Of a stretch of 64,000 bases of DNA, positions 37,126-50,221 are shown piece after piece; positions within the stretch are counted from its first letter, which is position 1, and every line of letters begins with the position of its first letter. Source of the DNA: Chiloscyllium plagiosum (taxonomy: Eukaryota). The notes under the pieces are model-generated. The model was not told where the DNA came from. It did no database searches and was given only the letters and a program-made list of their open reading frames with translations. The stretch is from the NCBI RefSeq assembly GCF_004010195.1, contig NC_057718.1, forward strand, positions 87,416,606-87,480,605, in the 5' to 3' direction. Made by a program: the position numbers and the translations under genes.

Positions 37126-38264
37126 GTAAGCACCGCTGTTTTACTTGTATATCATCTGCTAGAGCTAAGGTAAACATGTGCTCAGTAGACTTAGGCACAA
37201 TCTTCGTAAGAAACCTGTGTGTAAAAACTTTAATTAGGCAGAGTCCCAATACAGGGAACTGATTATCTAGACTCGAGCATTGTAAGACAGCATGAAATGC
37301 TGAGCCACAATCGTCACTGCTATGAAAGAAAGGTTTTATTTAAAGGGAGCATTACCATCAGTCTGAGTTCGTAGAATGTCTGCTTTTCATTAGTTGCTGG
37401 GATAAAACAGTATTTGGTTTTGCAAGCTGTTGAATAGTATCTCTCAACTTCTCATGAAAGACGCTTACTAAAATTGAAACAAATAGTTCTGTGTAAGGAA
37501 ATGGGCAGTGTGAACTTGTTCATTGGCTGTTAGGAGATAAGTGAGATGTCCCAGGATTGTAGCTGGGTTGCTAAGATTCTGGTAGTCAGACTTTGATCTA
37601 CAAGCAATTAAAAATTGAGAGAGGTGGATGCATATAAACAAAGTGGAGTTAAGGTCTCAATTACATTACTGTGATTGTATCATACATTAGGTCTCAGAGG
37701 GCAGATGGACAATTCCTGCTGTGATTTCTTACATTATTTCTAATCTGCATATGAGTTGGAATCAAAGTGTGGCATCCCTTTGCGCTATATTATTCTATGA
37801 TACCAAACAAATAGTTAAACTCTAATGTTAAGGAAAAGCAGTAAAATAATGAAAACATTCGTTCTGATGTATGAGAATTTGATTATTGCACAAATCAGTG
37901 GCTGATGTAATTCAATGTAAAAATGCGAATATATCGACAAGGAGCCAGAACACAGATTTTGAAGTCAACGACTTCGCAATCTGTATAATTCGAAAGAAAC
38001 AGCTAATGATGAAACACGAAGTGATGTGTAACTGCACATAGTTTAACATTTATAATTGCTGTAAAGGAGGAATGAATGCAATGACTAAAATGTTGAACTG
38101 TATAATTGGGTTAACTAATATAAAGAAGATATATGATGTAAAGACTGGACATCCTATTTACAGACGTGTTGAGTACTGAGTTTACATTGCGTCAACAAGA
38201 GAAAATCATCTCAATTTTTATTTAAATACCAAGAGTATAAGCACAGGTACAACTAAAGACATTA

Positions 38265-38482
38265 CAGGTCGTTCTCCTATAACGCGCATTTTATTAATGC
38301 GTATTTGCTATAACACGATTGACAAATTGGGGACACCGTTTCTAAAGCGCAAACTTTAAAACGTATATTATTTATAGAAGTGATTCCAGCTCCATTAGTT
38401 TAAATGCTGCTGCTACAACATGATTTTCTTATACACAGGAATGCACAACAACAGAACTACCATGTTTTAGCAGAACTGACTA
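38265..38482. mobile_element. Tc1/mariner MITE, same family as 14956-15172, opposite orientation
   Basis: TA + CAGGTCGTTCTCCTATAACGC ... TTTTAGCAGAACTGACT. Internal CCATTAGTTTAAATG and GATTTTCTTAT are reverse complements of motifs in the 15 kb copy. Confidence 0.75.
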
Positions 38483-38764
38483 TTTTATAAATTAAATTTT
38501 AATTTACTAAACAATATAAAGGTAACAGGACAACTGCATGAATGTGGATGCCTAAATGATCTAAGGTAAAGCTGTCAGCAGTTTGATGAATTCCAACTCA
38601 GAATTATGATCTAAATGCAGAGTTGCAGACACTGCGATACATTAGGTCGGTATGACTGAGAGTGAGTTGGTATAGGAATCCAGAAAGTAGATGTGGAGGA
38701 GCCTTAACTCTTGCAATTGTCTAACAGGAATGAGGAATTGCAGCCTGTAACTGGATCTAATGAT

Positions 38765-39292
38765 CTACGTCCCAAAGTGCTGAAAGCAGTCCTAATAAGA
38801 GACGGTGAATGCATTGGTATTCATCTTCCAAAATTCTGTAGACTTTGAAGTGGTTTCTGCAGATTGGAAAATAGCATATATAAATATACTTAAGAAAGGA
38901 GAAAGAGATAAAATGAGGAATTTACAGGTTGGGTGGCCTTATATCAATAGTAGGAAACATGTTAGAATCTATTACAAAGATATGAAAACTGAACATTTAG
39001 AAAATCATAGTAAGATTGGACAAGGTCAACTTGGATTTCTGAAAGGGAAATCATGTTTGACCAACCTGTTGGAGTTTATTTGGGAGGGTATGTATCTTGC
39101 AGAATACAAGAGGTAAACCAGTCATTGTAGTGTTGAATTAGTATGTGTGGATAAGGTCTCAAGCGGGAAGTTAGTAAGGCAATGGGATTGGGAAGAATAA
39201 TATACTGGCATGTGTTGACCGTGAAGGGACAGAAAACCGTTGAAATCAACAGAACATTCTCAGGTTGGCTGGCTGTAGCTTGTGGGTACTGC
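38765..39292 (+). mobile_element. CR1 RT internal fragment
   Basis: ORF 38805..39116: ALVFIFQNS, DWKIAYI, GFLKGKSCLTNLLEF. Confidence 0.85.
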
Positions 39293-40364
39293 ACATTTAA
39301 GAACTGGGCTTCAATTTAATTTTGTAAAATGGCCAGGCAATTCTGAAATCCTCTGAACCACCTCGTATTAATTCCGTTTTATACTCACCATTATAATTCA
39401 GTAAATTTTAATTCTATAATAGGTTTAATGCTCTCATTAAGAAGGAAAGAGTTAACTGACAAGATTAATACACAGCTACAGCTTGTAGGGCCTCAGGTGT
39501 TTTTTTTCTCCAACACATGCTGCACTGTTCTGAATAACTATTAACATATTTGTCTTCAAGCCTTAAGTTCTACTTTAGAATGTGGTTTTCCGAAGTGTCA
39601 TACATTTTGGTTTGTGGTCACCAAAAAGTTATATGGAAATAGATCCCGCTTATGTCTGATTTTAGTTTATTTGCGAATTGCCGTTTCTACTGCTGTGTTC
39701 TCCGTTTTAGTCTGAAGCTTTATCACAGCCAAAAGGTTATTTTGGTGTAGCTTTTTTTTTCCATTGCATCCTAAGGTGTGCTGATGGTGACTTCTTGCGT
39801 GGTTTTTCAAGTTTATAATCTGAGTCTGTGAAAATACTGCATTCTTCATATCTCAATAAGTTATCTTGTGCTGATAAAAATTTGTTTTTTGTATTTGGAA
39901 TTTTATTATATGTTTAGTTGTCAAAATCATTATCAACCTGCAAGAACCCTTTTTTAAATCCTTGTACTTATGATAATTTGTGAAGATTAGTCTGCCACAG
40001 CTACTAGCGTTGGTTGCATAATACTAGTCGATACTCTTGACTAGCTTTGTATCAGTAGCTGCTGTATAAGAGGGTACTTGGGTTAAGCAAGTTGAGTTTT
40101 TTTTTTGAGATCTGCCACTGTAGCTCCAGCAGAGAATGTACCACTTAGCAGGAGAATTGAATGTTACCATTTGCTTGTTCCCTGTCTGTCAAGGCATCAA
40201 CCAAGTGGTGACAGATTCCAGGTTTGGCCCATAATCACCAACCATTTAATTATGTCTCCATTGGGATCCATCCCTTACAGAACAAGGATGGATTTTTTTT
40301 TAAGAAGGCACAACGTTAAATACAGTGGATGCCCCACAAGATTTAAGAATTCTAGTGCATAGTG

Positions 40365-41000
40365 CTTTTAAAATGCCACAAACAAGTGCAGAAAATAATC
40401 CAGAAGGTTAATGGAATGTTGGCCTTCATATCTAAAGTGTGCTGGAGTACAAGGATGCAAACGTTATGTTGTAGTTACACTTAATCCTGGTTTGACCCCA
40501 CATACAATACTGTGAGCAGATCTGGGCACCATATCTTCGGAAGGATGTTTTGCCCCTGGAGAGGGTTCAATGCAAGTTTACAAGGATAATATCTGGATTT
40601 CAGGGGTTAAGGGAAGATTAAACAAATTCTGCTTTTATTCTGTAGAATTTAGAAGATTATGTTCAAGTCAAAGGAAAGACAAGGTAGATAAAAATAAATT
40701 TCCACTGGTTGAAGATCTACAACCAGAGGCACAGTCTAAGAGTTTGGATCAGACCATTCAGGAAGAATGTTAGAAGGCATTTCTATTCAGAGTGTAGTGG
40801 CAGTTTGGAACGCACTTCCTCAAATGGCAGTTGATTGATGCTAATTCTGAGACACAAATTTTTATTACGCAAGGGTATCCGGGGATATGGGCTCAAGGCA
40901 GGGATATGGAGTCAGGCCACAGGTCAGCCATGACCTTGTTGAGTGGTGGAGCAGGCTCAAGGGGCTAAGGGTCTACTCATTCTATTTCTCTGTTCATATA
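40365..41000 (+). mobile_element. CR1 3' fragment
   Basis: Degenerate YCEQIWAPYLRKD and CR1 3' UTR GGTGGAGCAGGCTCAAGGGGCT. Confidence 0.75.
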
Positions 41001-41544
41001 AATGGAGAATTATCATGCCAAAGAGAGATTTTAGCTGAATTAACGTTCAGGAAGAATTGCCTTGAATGGGGAAAAACAATTTACCTCTAAATACATTAAA
41101 AATCTCATTGATGTCTCTTCCTGTCATACATTCATGCACCAGTGTGTTCTTGCTGTACACAATGCAGGCTTAAGAATAAACAAAACTCCTATTTCAGTTG
41201 AGGGCTTTCAAAAATTTTGGTCCAGTAAAATTTTGAGATCTTTTCCAAGAGATGTAATAGGCATGTGAATCCCCTCTAGCTTTTGTGATTAGCTTCCATC
41301 TCAAAGCAAGATGTTATTTAAGTGTTGATGTTGTGGTGCTTGGCTATCCCATTAATTCACATACAACTTCTGATTCTCAATGACCCAAACCTTTACAGAG
41401 TAACTTTACTCTTTTGTTAAACTGTTTTTTTTGTCTGATTAGGATTTTGAGCAACTTGAGATGTTTCTCTGTATTAAAGGAGTTAATAAATGCAAATTCA
41501 AACCTTCTCAGTATATTCTTTCTGATAGTGATTTTCTTTGCTAG

Positions 41545-41607
41545 GTCTCTGTGATATTAACGAGGGTTCAACAAATCTAGATGACCGCTGCAAGTCTCCC
41601 ACATCAG
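41545..41607 (+). CDS. STXBP5: Tomosyn-1 exon (63 bp), GLCDINEGSTNLDDRCKSPTS
   Basis: ttctttgctag|GT...TCA G|gtaaat. Matches recalled human GLCDISEGTVVPEDRCKSPTS. Confidence 0.93.
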
Positions 41608-42284
41608 GTAAATGTGTCCATGAGTTCTGGGGTTTTGTTTTCAAGATGATGAATTAATTGAAAAAGTGGTACTTGTATTTATACAAATGAATATGCAGAG
41701 TAGCAAAGTGTAGTGAACAGACACTGGATGTATTTGTTAGAATCTAGTTGTGCATACAGGTAAGGACGCATTCTTTTAAAGAATACCTTATCAGGCAACA
41801 TTTCCACAGTGCAGAGGTGCGAAGTAATGTGAAAATAAATGGCAGAATTCTAGCTTCATGTCATTTCATGCTGAGGTGAATGCAGTTTTTTGCCAAGAAA
41901 TTCTAGACAAGTCCAAGTGACCATTTTCCTGGATTAATCATGAGATTCTGTGGCTCTGATAGTGCTATCCCCCGACCCCATGTAAACAAGACACCAGCGA
42001 TAGTTTGAACCTCCTTACAATACATGACAAAGCAGTTACTTTCCCAGTAAGGTACAGAAAGGAGGCAGGAAATGTGGAGGAAAAGAGCAAGACAAAGGTA
42101 ATAAGGGAGCAATATGCCTCAGGTTTTGAAGTGACATCACAATATTAGAATAATATACTGTACCAAGTGGTTCAACTGATGTTTTGACATAGTGCTGTTG
42201 TGGAAAAAAGAAACTAAATGTGGCCTTTTAATTAGAGATCTTTTTAAATACAAAAGCTATTAAACCAACAATGTTTTGTACAGT

Positions 42285-42515
42285 AATGAAAGCAGAAAAA
42301 GCTGGATAAACTCAACAGGACTGACAGCAATTGTTTGGGAGAGAAAGACAGTTAATATTTCCAAGTTCAAAATGACACATCAGAACTGAAGAGTAGAACT
42401 ATTGTACTCAATGTTAACACTTTTTCTCTTTCCACAGATGCAGAGAAACTGAATTTCTCCAGCATTTTCTTTTCAATTTCAGGTTTCCATTATCCACGAT
42501 GTTTGGTTTTATTTA
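42285..42515. mobile_element. Old fold-back Penelope terminal-repeat remnant
   Basis: AGAAAAAGCTGGATAAACTCA...GAGAGAAAG is complementary to CTCTTTCCACAGATGC...TGAATTTCTCCAGCATTTTCT. Confidence 0.55.
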
Positions 42516-43829
42516 CATTTTTTGTCAAATACCTTGCCATTGATAATTCTACGAATGATGATCTGTGGTTCTGTTTTTGTCTATAGTTTGCATCTATTAG
42601 TTTTAGTCATAAATTGCAAGAAACTAGTCAAAAATTAGCTGTGATCTCATTTCTGTAGTTCAAAGTTATTGTGTGTGTGTAAACAGTTTTCTTCCAGAAT
42701 TCTGAACCAGCAAATCGGTGAACATTTCTGTAATGCTTCAGATCCAGTTATTTTTCAGTTTTATCTGCTGAGTAATAAAGCTACCTTGTTTAGAATCAGT
42801 AAAAGTAGATTGTGAGTGAAATGTTCTTTCGACCATATGTGGGGCAGGCTGGACATAAAGTCAACCCAGTGTATTTTACTGCAAAGCAAGCAAAGTCAAT
42901 TTACAGGTGCAACTTCTCTTTATAAAAGTCGGCTGATTTATACAGCAAAATGCAATGAATAGAAGGAATTAACATGTGTAAAATCAATTCTAGACACTTA
43001 ATGAGCTAATAAAGGAATTAGGTGATTTTCTCAATTCGGACTGAAGAGAGTCGTATCAATATATGCAGCTGTTAATGTATTGTGCCTGTGAATGTCTGGC
43101 CTTCTGTAAACCAATGGTGTCCAGCTGTCATAAAAATGGAAAATGCAGGAAATACTCAGCAGGTCTGTAGAGAGAAATAAATTTGACCTTTTTGAATCTG
43201 ATACATTTCATCACAATTTGGAAACTGTTATGATTAGGTTTTGAATAGGGGGTGAGTAGGGAAGAGATTTAAAAAAGGGCAGATGTTTGCTGTTGTACAC
43301 TGCGATGAAAAGGTGTCAAGGAAGAAGGGGAGTGTGTTCTTGGAGATGGAGGGTTCCACCAAGGATTCACAGAGGCAGTGTTCCCTTCAGAAAGTAGAAA
43401 GGGATTAGCAAGGTTCCAGCATGTGCTGCAATTTCTTTTTACTCCAGAGTGGCTTCTGGCTGCTGTTTTACTAGGATTTATCATGCACTGCTAAGTTCTA
43501 AACTTCACGTTATTGTTTTTCTTTGGTCATCCTTTTTCTGTTTGAAAATAACTTTGTTGTAAACAATAATGATTGTTTGGACTTGATGCAGCAGAGTGTT
43601 CCTGTCTGCATAGCCGGTTCTACAACTCCAAAATATTTTTGTTTTTTTTTTAAATGTACTTCATCCATGTCATGTTGCATGTTGGTGTTCTCATGGGATT
43701 TGAATTATGTTAAATCAGCAATGATGATGATGGCTGCCTTTCTCTGGGAGTAGTCTAAGTTTCCTGTGCACAGCAGTCCATCAGCTGAGGGGGACGGGGT
43801 AAATAGCATTGTGGAATTATGAACTAGTT

Positions 43830-44140
43830 GGGAACATATGAACAGGAGTAATCCTTTCAGCCAATCAAGTCTGCCCTGCCATTCAATTTGATCATGTTTG
43901 ATCAAACACTTCCATGACGTTTACTCATCCTATTCCCCATAACCCAAGTGCATCATGGTAAGCAGAAATCTATCTGTCTTTATTGTAAACATACTCAAAA
44001 ACTGAGTTTTCACAATCGCCTGTGGAAAAGAATTCCAAAACCTCTCTGCAGCTGGGCAACATAATTTCTCCTCATCTTTGCCCCAAATGGCACCCCTTAT
44101 TTTTAAATTGTGCCCCTGTTTTAGACTCCATAGTTAGAAG
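43830..44140 (-). mobile_element. CR1 3' UTR remnant
   Basis: Colinear with the 3' end of the CR1 at 28277. Confidence 0.6.
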
Positions 44141-44639
44141 AAGCCTTTTATCTGCATCTACCCTGTCTTTACCTTTCAAGTGTTTTGTAGGACAGTCCCT
44201 TCATCCCAGCAACAAGCATGGTGGACCTTTTGTTTCTCTCCCTTGATGGCTATGGTATCTTCCTAAGACAAGGCCACCAAAACAGTTAGACCTGGGAAGC
44301 TCTAGGATTGCATTGTAGCTTAGTTGCAATCGCCAATTGCGAATGCTACTACCATGCGAGCCTCCACTAAGTTCCAGTTTTTTAAAAAAAAAACAACATT
44401 TTGACATCAGCTCATTTTTGTTTTGTAACTATCCTGTAAAATAGCTGGTATTCTGTAAGTTGGGTGAAGCAAATTTTAAATTTGCTGAGATATGTACTGA
44501 TAATTGCTAGGAAGAGCTGAATCCCAAAAAGGACAATTAATTTCATATAGTTTATCCAAATTCCCAAAAAAATGAAGTACTTTCAGTGAGAATTATTTAC
44601 AATCAGAATCCAGTAGTAATTGGTCCTTATGTCAAATTT

Positions 44640-44990
44640 TTTTAATCCATTCATGGGTTATGCGTGTCATTGACCTGATCTGCATTTGTTACCTATTCCT
44701 AATTGACCAGAGGGCAGTTGAGATTCAATCATATTGTTGCAGGTCTGAAGTCACAGGTAGTCCAGAACAGGTAAGGACACCAGATTTCCTTCCTTAAAGG
44801 GCATTCGTGAACCAGATGGATTTGTCTGACAATCAGCAGTAGTTTCATGGTCATCATGAGACTCTTAATTCGAGATTTTTATTCAATTCCGATTGCAACG
44901 CCTGTCATGTCAGGATTCAAACCGGATCTCCAGCACATTGCTTGGGTTGTGGATTAATAGTCTCATTATAATACCATGAGGCCATTGCCT
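44640..44990 (-). mobile_element. tRNA-headed SINE, family unassigned
   Basis: Reverse-complement relative of 22420-22771 (AGATTTCCTTCCTTAAAGGGCATTCGTGAACCAGATGG). Confidence 0.65.
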
Positions 44991-45799
44991 TTAGAACAGG
45001 TGATAGCTCTGTGCAAAATGAAAAGGGAACAAGGTGTCTTTTGAATGGGATTCACCAAGAACTGAAGAATTTCAATATCTTTAAAGATTGAGTTTAGTCC
45101 TGGATCTTGAGTATCAGGTTGCATTGAATTTTACTACAATATTTTGAAGAGACCTTCTTGGTCTAGTTCTATTTTCTTGTTTCTTTTGTATCAGTGCTGG
45201 TTGTTGCCAGCTGCTTCAGTATTCCCTTTTCTAGTTTCCTGGTTGCCCCTTTTTCTGACCTTAACTCTGTCCGGCTGCCTTTATCTGGTAAACATACAGT
45301 GCTCTTAGATCCTTGATACTGGATTTGTTGATTTGAGTTTGGTGGTTCCTTAGACATTTTATCATGTGTGTTTTCATTGTTAGCATGTTGTCACAAAGCA
45401 TTCAGCAATGCAATATCAACATTTTCTCCTATAGAGCACTTTACATTCTAATCCTCAGGAATCTCTCTTTGTCAAATTTGGAATAAAGTGATGAGGTGAT
45501 TCTATTTTGCTAATTGTTCCTGCAGAGAAAGAATGTGCATTTGCAGAATTCTAGTCAGCATGAAGTCAATACCTTTAGAAGGTGAGGGAGTGAATGAGGT
45601 AGGATTTATCATGTCCTGATAATTTAAGAAAGGAATATGTACTTTTTAAAACATTTTCAAAGTGCTTTATAACCAGTGGAAGCTTTTGAAGTGCAGTCAA
45701 TGTCACAATGTAGAAAACGTGGCAAATGTTTTATGAACAGCAATATCTTTCGAATAGCAGTGAAATAATAACCAGGTGACCTGTTTTAGTTTTGTTTGT

Positions 45800-46302
45800 T
45801 GAGTCAGAGATGTACAGCATTGAAACAGACCCTTCGGTCCAATTCATTCATGCCAACCAGATATCCTAACCTAAACTCATCTCTTTTGCCATCACGTGGC
45901 CCATATCCCTCTAAATGCTTCCTATTCATTTACCAATCCAGATGCCATTTAAGTGCTGTAATTGTACCAGCCTCCACCACCTCATCTGGCAGCTCATTCC
46001 ATACACGCACCACCCTCTTTGGGAAAAGGTTGCCCCTTATGTCCTTTTTATATCTTTCCCCTCTCACCCTAAAACTGTGCCCTCTCGTTCTGGACTCCCC
46101 ATCCCAGGGAAAAGACCTTGTCTATTTATCCCATCCATGCCCCTCATGATTTTATAAACCTCTATAAGGTCACCCTCAGCCTCCGAATCTCCAGGGAAAA
46201 CAGCCCCAGCCTTTTCAGCCTCTCCCTATAGCTCACATTCTCCAACTCTGGCAACATCCTTAAATCTTTTCTGAACCCTTTCAGATTTCACAACCTCTTT
46301 CT
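45800..46302 (-). mobile_element. CR1 3' fragment
   Basis: Highly similar to 17954-18470 and 25865-26336. Confidence 0.9.
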
Positions 46303-46387
46303 AATAAATAGAATTTGTCATATGTATTTTCACAAGAAAAATGAAATCAGAACTGTTCTAAGTCACCCTAACATGGTGCCTGTAAAT

Positions 46388-46680
46388 GATGTGGAGGGAC
46401 TGGGGTGGACAAAGTTAAAAATCACGCAACACCAGGTTATAGTCCAAGAGGTTTATTTGAAAGTACAAGCTTTCAGAGCGCTGCTCCTTCGTCACATAAC
46501 TAGGTGAGGCATGATATTAGGGGACATAATGTATAGTAAAAGGTCAAGGTGTCATACAACTGATGTGATGTATTGAACAAACATAGATTGTCCTTAAGTC
46601 TCTAATCACTTAGAATGGGGATAAAGGTTTCGATAAATCCCAGACCTACTTTGAAGTCACAGTCTTGAGACAACATACGC
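46388..46680 (-). mobile_element. Penelope-like 3' terminal segment with decayed hammerhead
   Basis: Minus strand reads GTGACGA A GGAGC AGC GCTCT GAAAG CTT (core C replaced by G). Shares CAACACCAGGTTATAGTCCA with the 14.1 kb hairpin. Confidence 0.6.
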
Positions 46681-47264
46681 CTACAATGACAGAACTCATT
46701 GTAAAATTATAAATTACAAAAGTTAAGTAAATATAAGACAAAGTTCATCAGAGTCCATTTAAAGACTCCTGGTATCGAAGAAAGGCGATCCGTGACAAGA
46801 ACGACATGATGGGACGAAAACTGAAATGCCAGGACGCCGTGCCCATTTGGTTGAAAACCTCTGAAGAAAAACCACTGCCGGGAACACTACTTTAAAAAAA
46901 AAAACGCTGGGCTGTTGACTTGCTGGATCGCTACCCATGGATGAAATGACACACCGAGAAGTCGGAACACTGATTCGGAAACACTTGCCAAAGATTAAGA
47001 TTGAGCCAGACCACCTTTAAAAATCACAAACTGGGATGACCCCTCCAACAGAGACCACTCTGCAGACCAAGACCAACGCGGCAAGAAAAACTGCCACTTC
47101 AGACCACCAGAAGCAACCACCTCTTAAGAGAAGGTCACTGCTCAAGCTTTTAAAATGAAGGTAAGATGAATTGGATGTTATCTATTCTACCTACACTGAT
47201 TGATTGAAAAACATTAGAAATAGAGAAAAGGTAAGGTAAAAGAAAAAGAGTAAAGGCGAATGGA

Positions 47265-47549
47265 GTAGATTAGATTAGATTACTTAGTGTGGAAACTAAG
47301 TCCCCGCCGAAGCGCAACCCACCCATATCCCTACATTTACCCCTTTACCTAACACTACGGGCAATTTAGCATGACCAATTCATCTGACCTGCACATCTTT
47401 GGACCGTGGGAGGAAGTCAGAGCACCCGGAGGAAACCCACGCAGACACGGGGCAAATGTGCAAACTCCACACAGTCAGTCGCCTGAGGCAGGAATTGAAC
47501 CCGGGTCCCTGGCGCTGTGAGGCAGCAGTGCTAACCACCGTGCCGCCCA
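47265..47549 (-). mobile_element. Young HE1-like V-SINE with (TCTAA)n tail
   Basis: CpGs retained. Minus-strand head GGGCGGCACGGTGGTTAGCACTGCTGCCTCACAGCGCCAGGGACCCGGGTTCAATTCC. TAGAT repeats at 47266-47281. Confidence 0.92.
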
Positions 47550-48097
47550 CATGGGTAGATAAGCAATAGGCTCCTGGTCTAAGGAGCCCACACTATACGC
47601 TGCTACTCCATTGCCACCATCTCAAACATATGAATACTATATTGAGGAGAACTTGCATGTTTTCTTCAAATAGAGCCATGCAGTTTTATCTAGTCATATG
47701 ATAGAGTAATTACTTTAATGTCTCATCTGAAAGACTTGTAGTTGCAAGTTATCTGGATGAGGTGCTATATTCATTCTAAAATGCCCTATTTTCTGGTTAA
47801 CTATAAATAGTGCAATAGAATGCCCCATCAAAAAAATTGGTCTTTGTTTACAGTGTTCCATTTGCTAGTTTTAATGTTGATCTTTATCTTCTGATTGTCA
47901 GCATTCTTCCTTTCTTTTCTGCCCTGGTTGAGATCCACGTTTGTATACTTTATCATACATAATGTTATAATGTATTATTGAAAGATATCCATAAATTTAC
48001 AAGGGACTTACTGTAAATACATAGCACAAACACCAGTTTTGAACTTTCCTTATCTGGACACTATGCCACAACGTGTATACACATGCTCCCAGGTAGG

Positions 48098-50221
48098 AAA
48101 CAACAAATGCTGGAGATCACAGTAGGTCAGGCAGCATCCATGGAGAGAGAGCAAGCTAGCATTTTGAGCCTAGATGACTCTTCAGAGTAGAAGTGGAGGG
48201 ACAGCATTTATGCTTTTTTTTTGGGTGGGGAGGTGAGATTTGGTGAGGTGGTGGGTGTAGGGTGCTGGTGGAGAAAAGATGTTAGTAATTTACATTGTGG
48301 TCAGAATGTGAGAATGACAGAACAATGGTGTACCTCCTGCCAGACTTGCAAGGACAGTAAGTGGGATGGGGGAGGGGGCAACATGATCAGCTAAAAGAAA
48401 GGAATGAAATGGTTCACAATTTGATGCTGTTGAACTCCGTATTAAATCCAGAACGCTGTAAAGTGCCTAGTCTGAAGATGAGATGTTGCTCTTCCAGTTT
48501 GTGCTGTTTTGTCTCCTGTTCATCATGGATGTCCAATCCCTGTATACCTCCATTCCCCACCAGGATGGTCTGAGTGTTCTCTGCTTCCTTGACCAGAGGC
48601 CTGAACAAGCTCTATCCTCCTTCACTCTCCTCCACTTGACTGAACTTATTATATCACTGAACAATTTCTCCTTCAGTTCATCTCAATTCTGTAAAGTCAG
48701 AGGAGTGGCTATGGGCATCCACATGGGTCCCAGTTATGTGTCACCCTCTTTATGGGGTATGTGGAACAATCCTTGTTCGAGTCTTACACTGGCCCCCTCC
48801 CACAACCTTTTTTCAGTACATTGATGACCGCTCCGGTGCCACTTCATGCTCCCACCAAGACCTGAAAACTTCATTTTGCCACCAGTTTTCACTCCTCTAT
48901 AACTTTCACATTGTCAATTTATGATACTTTCCTTCCTTTCCTTGATCCCTGTATCTCCATTTCAGGAAATAAACTGTCCATTGCTATCCACTACAAACCC
49001 ATGGACTCCCATAGCTACCTTTACTACAGTTCATCACACCTCACACCCTGCAGGGACTCCATCCCATTCTCCCAGTTCCTTCACCTACATCGCATCTGTC
49101 TGGATGATGCCACCTTCCAAAACAATGCTGCTGACATGGTTTGCTTCTTCCATGACAGTGGTTTCCCACCTAACGTGGTTGACAGGGCCCTCAACCGCAT
49201 CCAATCTATCACCATACTTCTGGCCTTGCCCCTTCCGATCACTCGCAGTAGTGTAATTGGGTTCCCCTTGTCCTCACCATCCCACCAGCCTCCATATTCA
49301 AAGGATTATTCTCTGCATTTCGGGCAACACCAACAGAGCCCCACCACCAAACCATCTTCCCCTCACTCTCCGCTGTCTGCCTTTCGCAGGGATTGTTCAC
49401 TCCGGGACACCCTAGTCCATTCCACAACCGCCAGCACCTGTTTCCGCCCCCAGTCCCCACAAGCACCTTTCCATGTAACCACAGAGGGTGCAACACCTGC
49501 CCTTTCACTTCCTCCCTACTCATCATCCAAGTGCCTAAACAGTCTTTCCAGGGGAAGCAGCATTTCATCTGTACCTCCTCCAATCTTGTGTATTGTATTC
49601 ACTGCACCCAATGTGACCTACTCTACATTGGAGAAACCAGATGCAGACTGGGTTCCCACTTTGCAGAGTATCTTCAGTCTGAGTGCAAGTAAGACCCAGA
49701 CCTTCCCATGGCCAGTCATTTTAACACAGCATCCTGCTCACTTGCCCACATGTCAATCCAGGGCATGCTGCAGCATTCCAGTGAAGCACAGCACAATCTG
49801 GAGGAACAATATCTCATTTTCAGACCACGTACTTTTACAGCCTCCTGGACTCAATATTGAGTTTAGCACCTTTAAACTGTGAACCATTTCTGTCTTTTAA
49901 CTATCATGTCCTCCCCTCCCCCATTTCACTTACTGTCCTTTCAAGTCTGGCAGGAGATGCATCATTGTTCTGCATTTCTCATATTCCAAACACTTAATGT
50001 AAATTATTAACATCTTGTCTCCACCAGCACCCTACACCCACTTCCCCCGTCCCCAAACTATAGCATGAATACTGTCCTTCACACTTCAGCTCTGATGAAG
50101 AGTCAACTAGACTCAAAACATTAACTTGCTGTCTCTCCATGGATGCTGCCCAATTTGCTGTGATCTCCAATATGTGTTGTTTTCAATACAGATTCCACTA
50201 TCTGCAGTAATTTGTTCCTAC
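48098..50221 (+). mobile_element. Penelope-like retroelement (Neptune-type), 5'-truncated pseudo-ORF with RT + GIY-YIG and an inverted 3' repeat at its 5' end
   Basis: FIMDVQSLYTSIPH, GVAMG..MGPSY, FQYIDD, LPFLD, YKPMDSHSYL, Cys linker CNHRGCNTC, NLVYCIHCTQCDLLYIGET. About 48098-48507 is the reverse complement of about 49787-50185. Decayed hammerhead CTGATGAAGAGTCAACTAGACTCAAAAC at 50092. Confidence 0.95.

Noticed and set aside
38063..38085. AAAGGAGG followed by ATG, resembling a Shine-Dalgarno site
   Set aside because: Eukaryotic intron with no substantial ORF behind it. Chance match.
39579..39716. Possible extra cassette exon after ctttag (open frame ECGFPKCHTFW...)
   Set aside because: No convincing donor, it ends in a stop, and it has no similarity to recalled tomosyn sequence.
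43523..43760. Possible cryptic exon or ORF with an ATGATGATGATG run
   Set aside because: Stops follow the candidate acceptor and no strong donor precedes them. No homology recognised.
47470..47549. tRNA gene
   Set aside because: The A/B-box sequence is the head of an HE1-like SINE, continuous with its V-domain and tail.
48911..49882. 323-aa ORF as an independent host gene
   Set aside because: It is a frameshifted piece of the Penelope-like RT, and its second half is out of the true frame.
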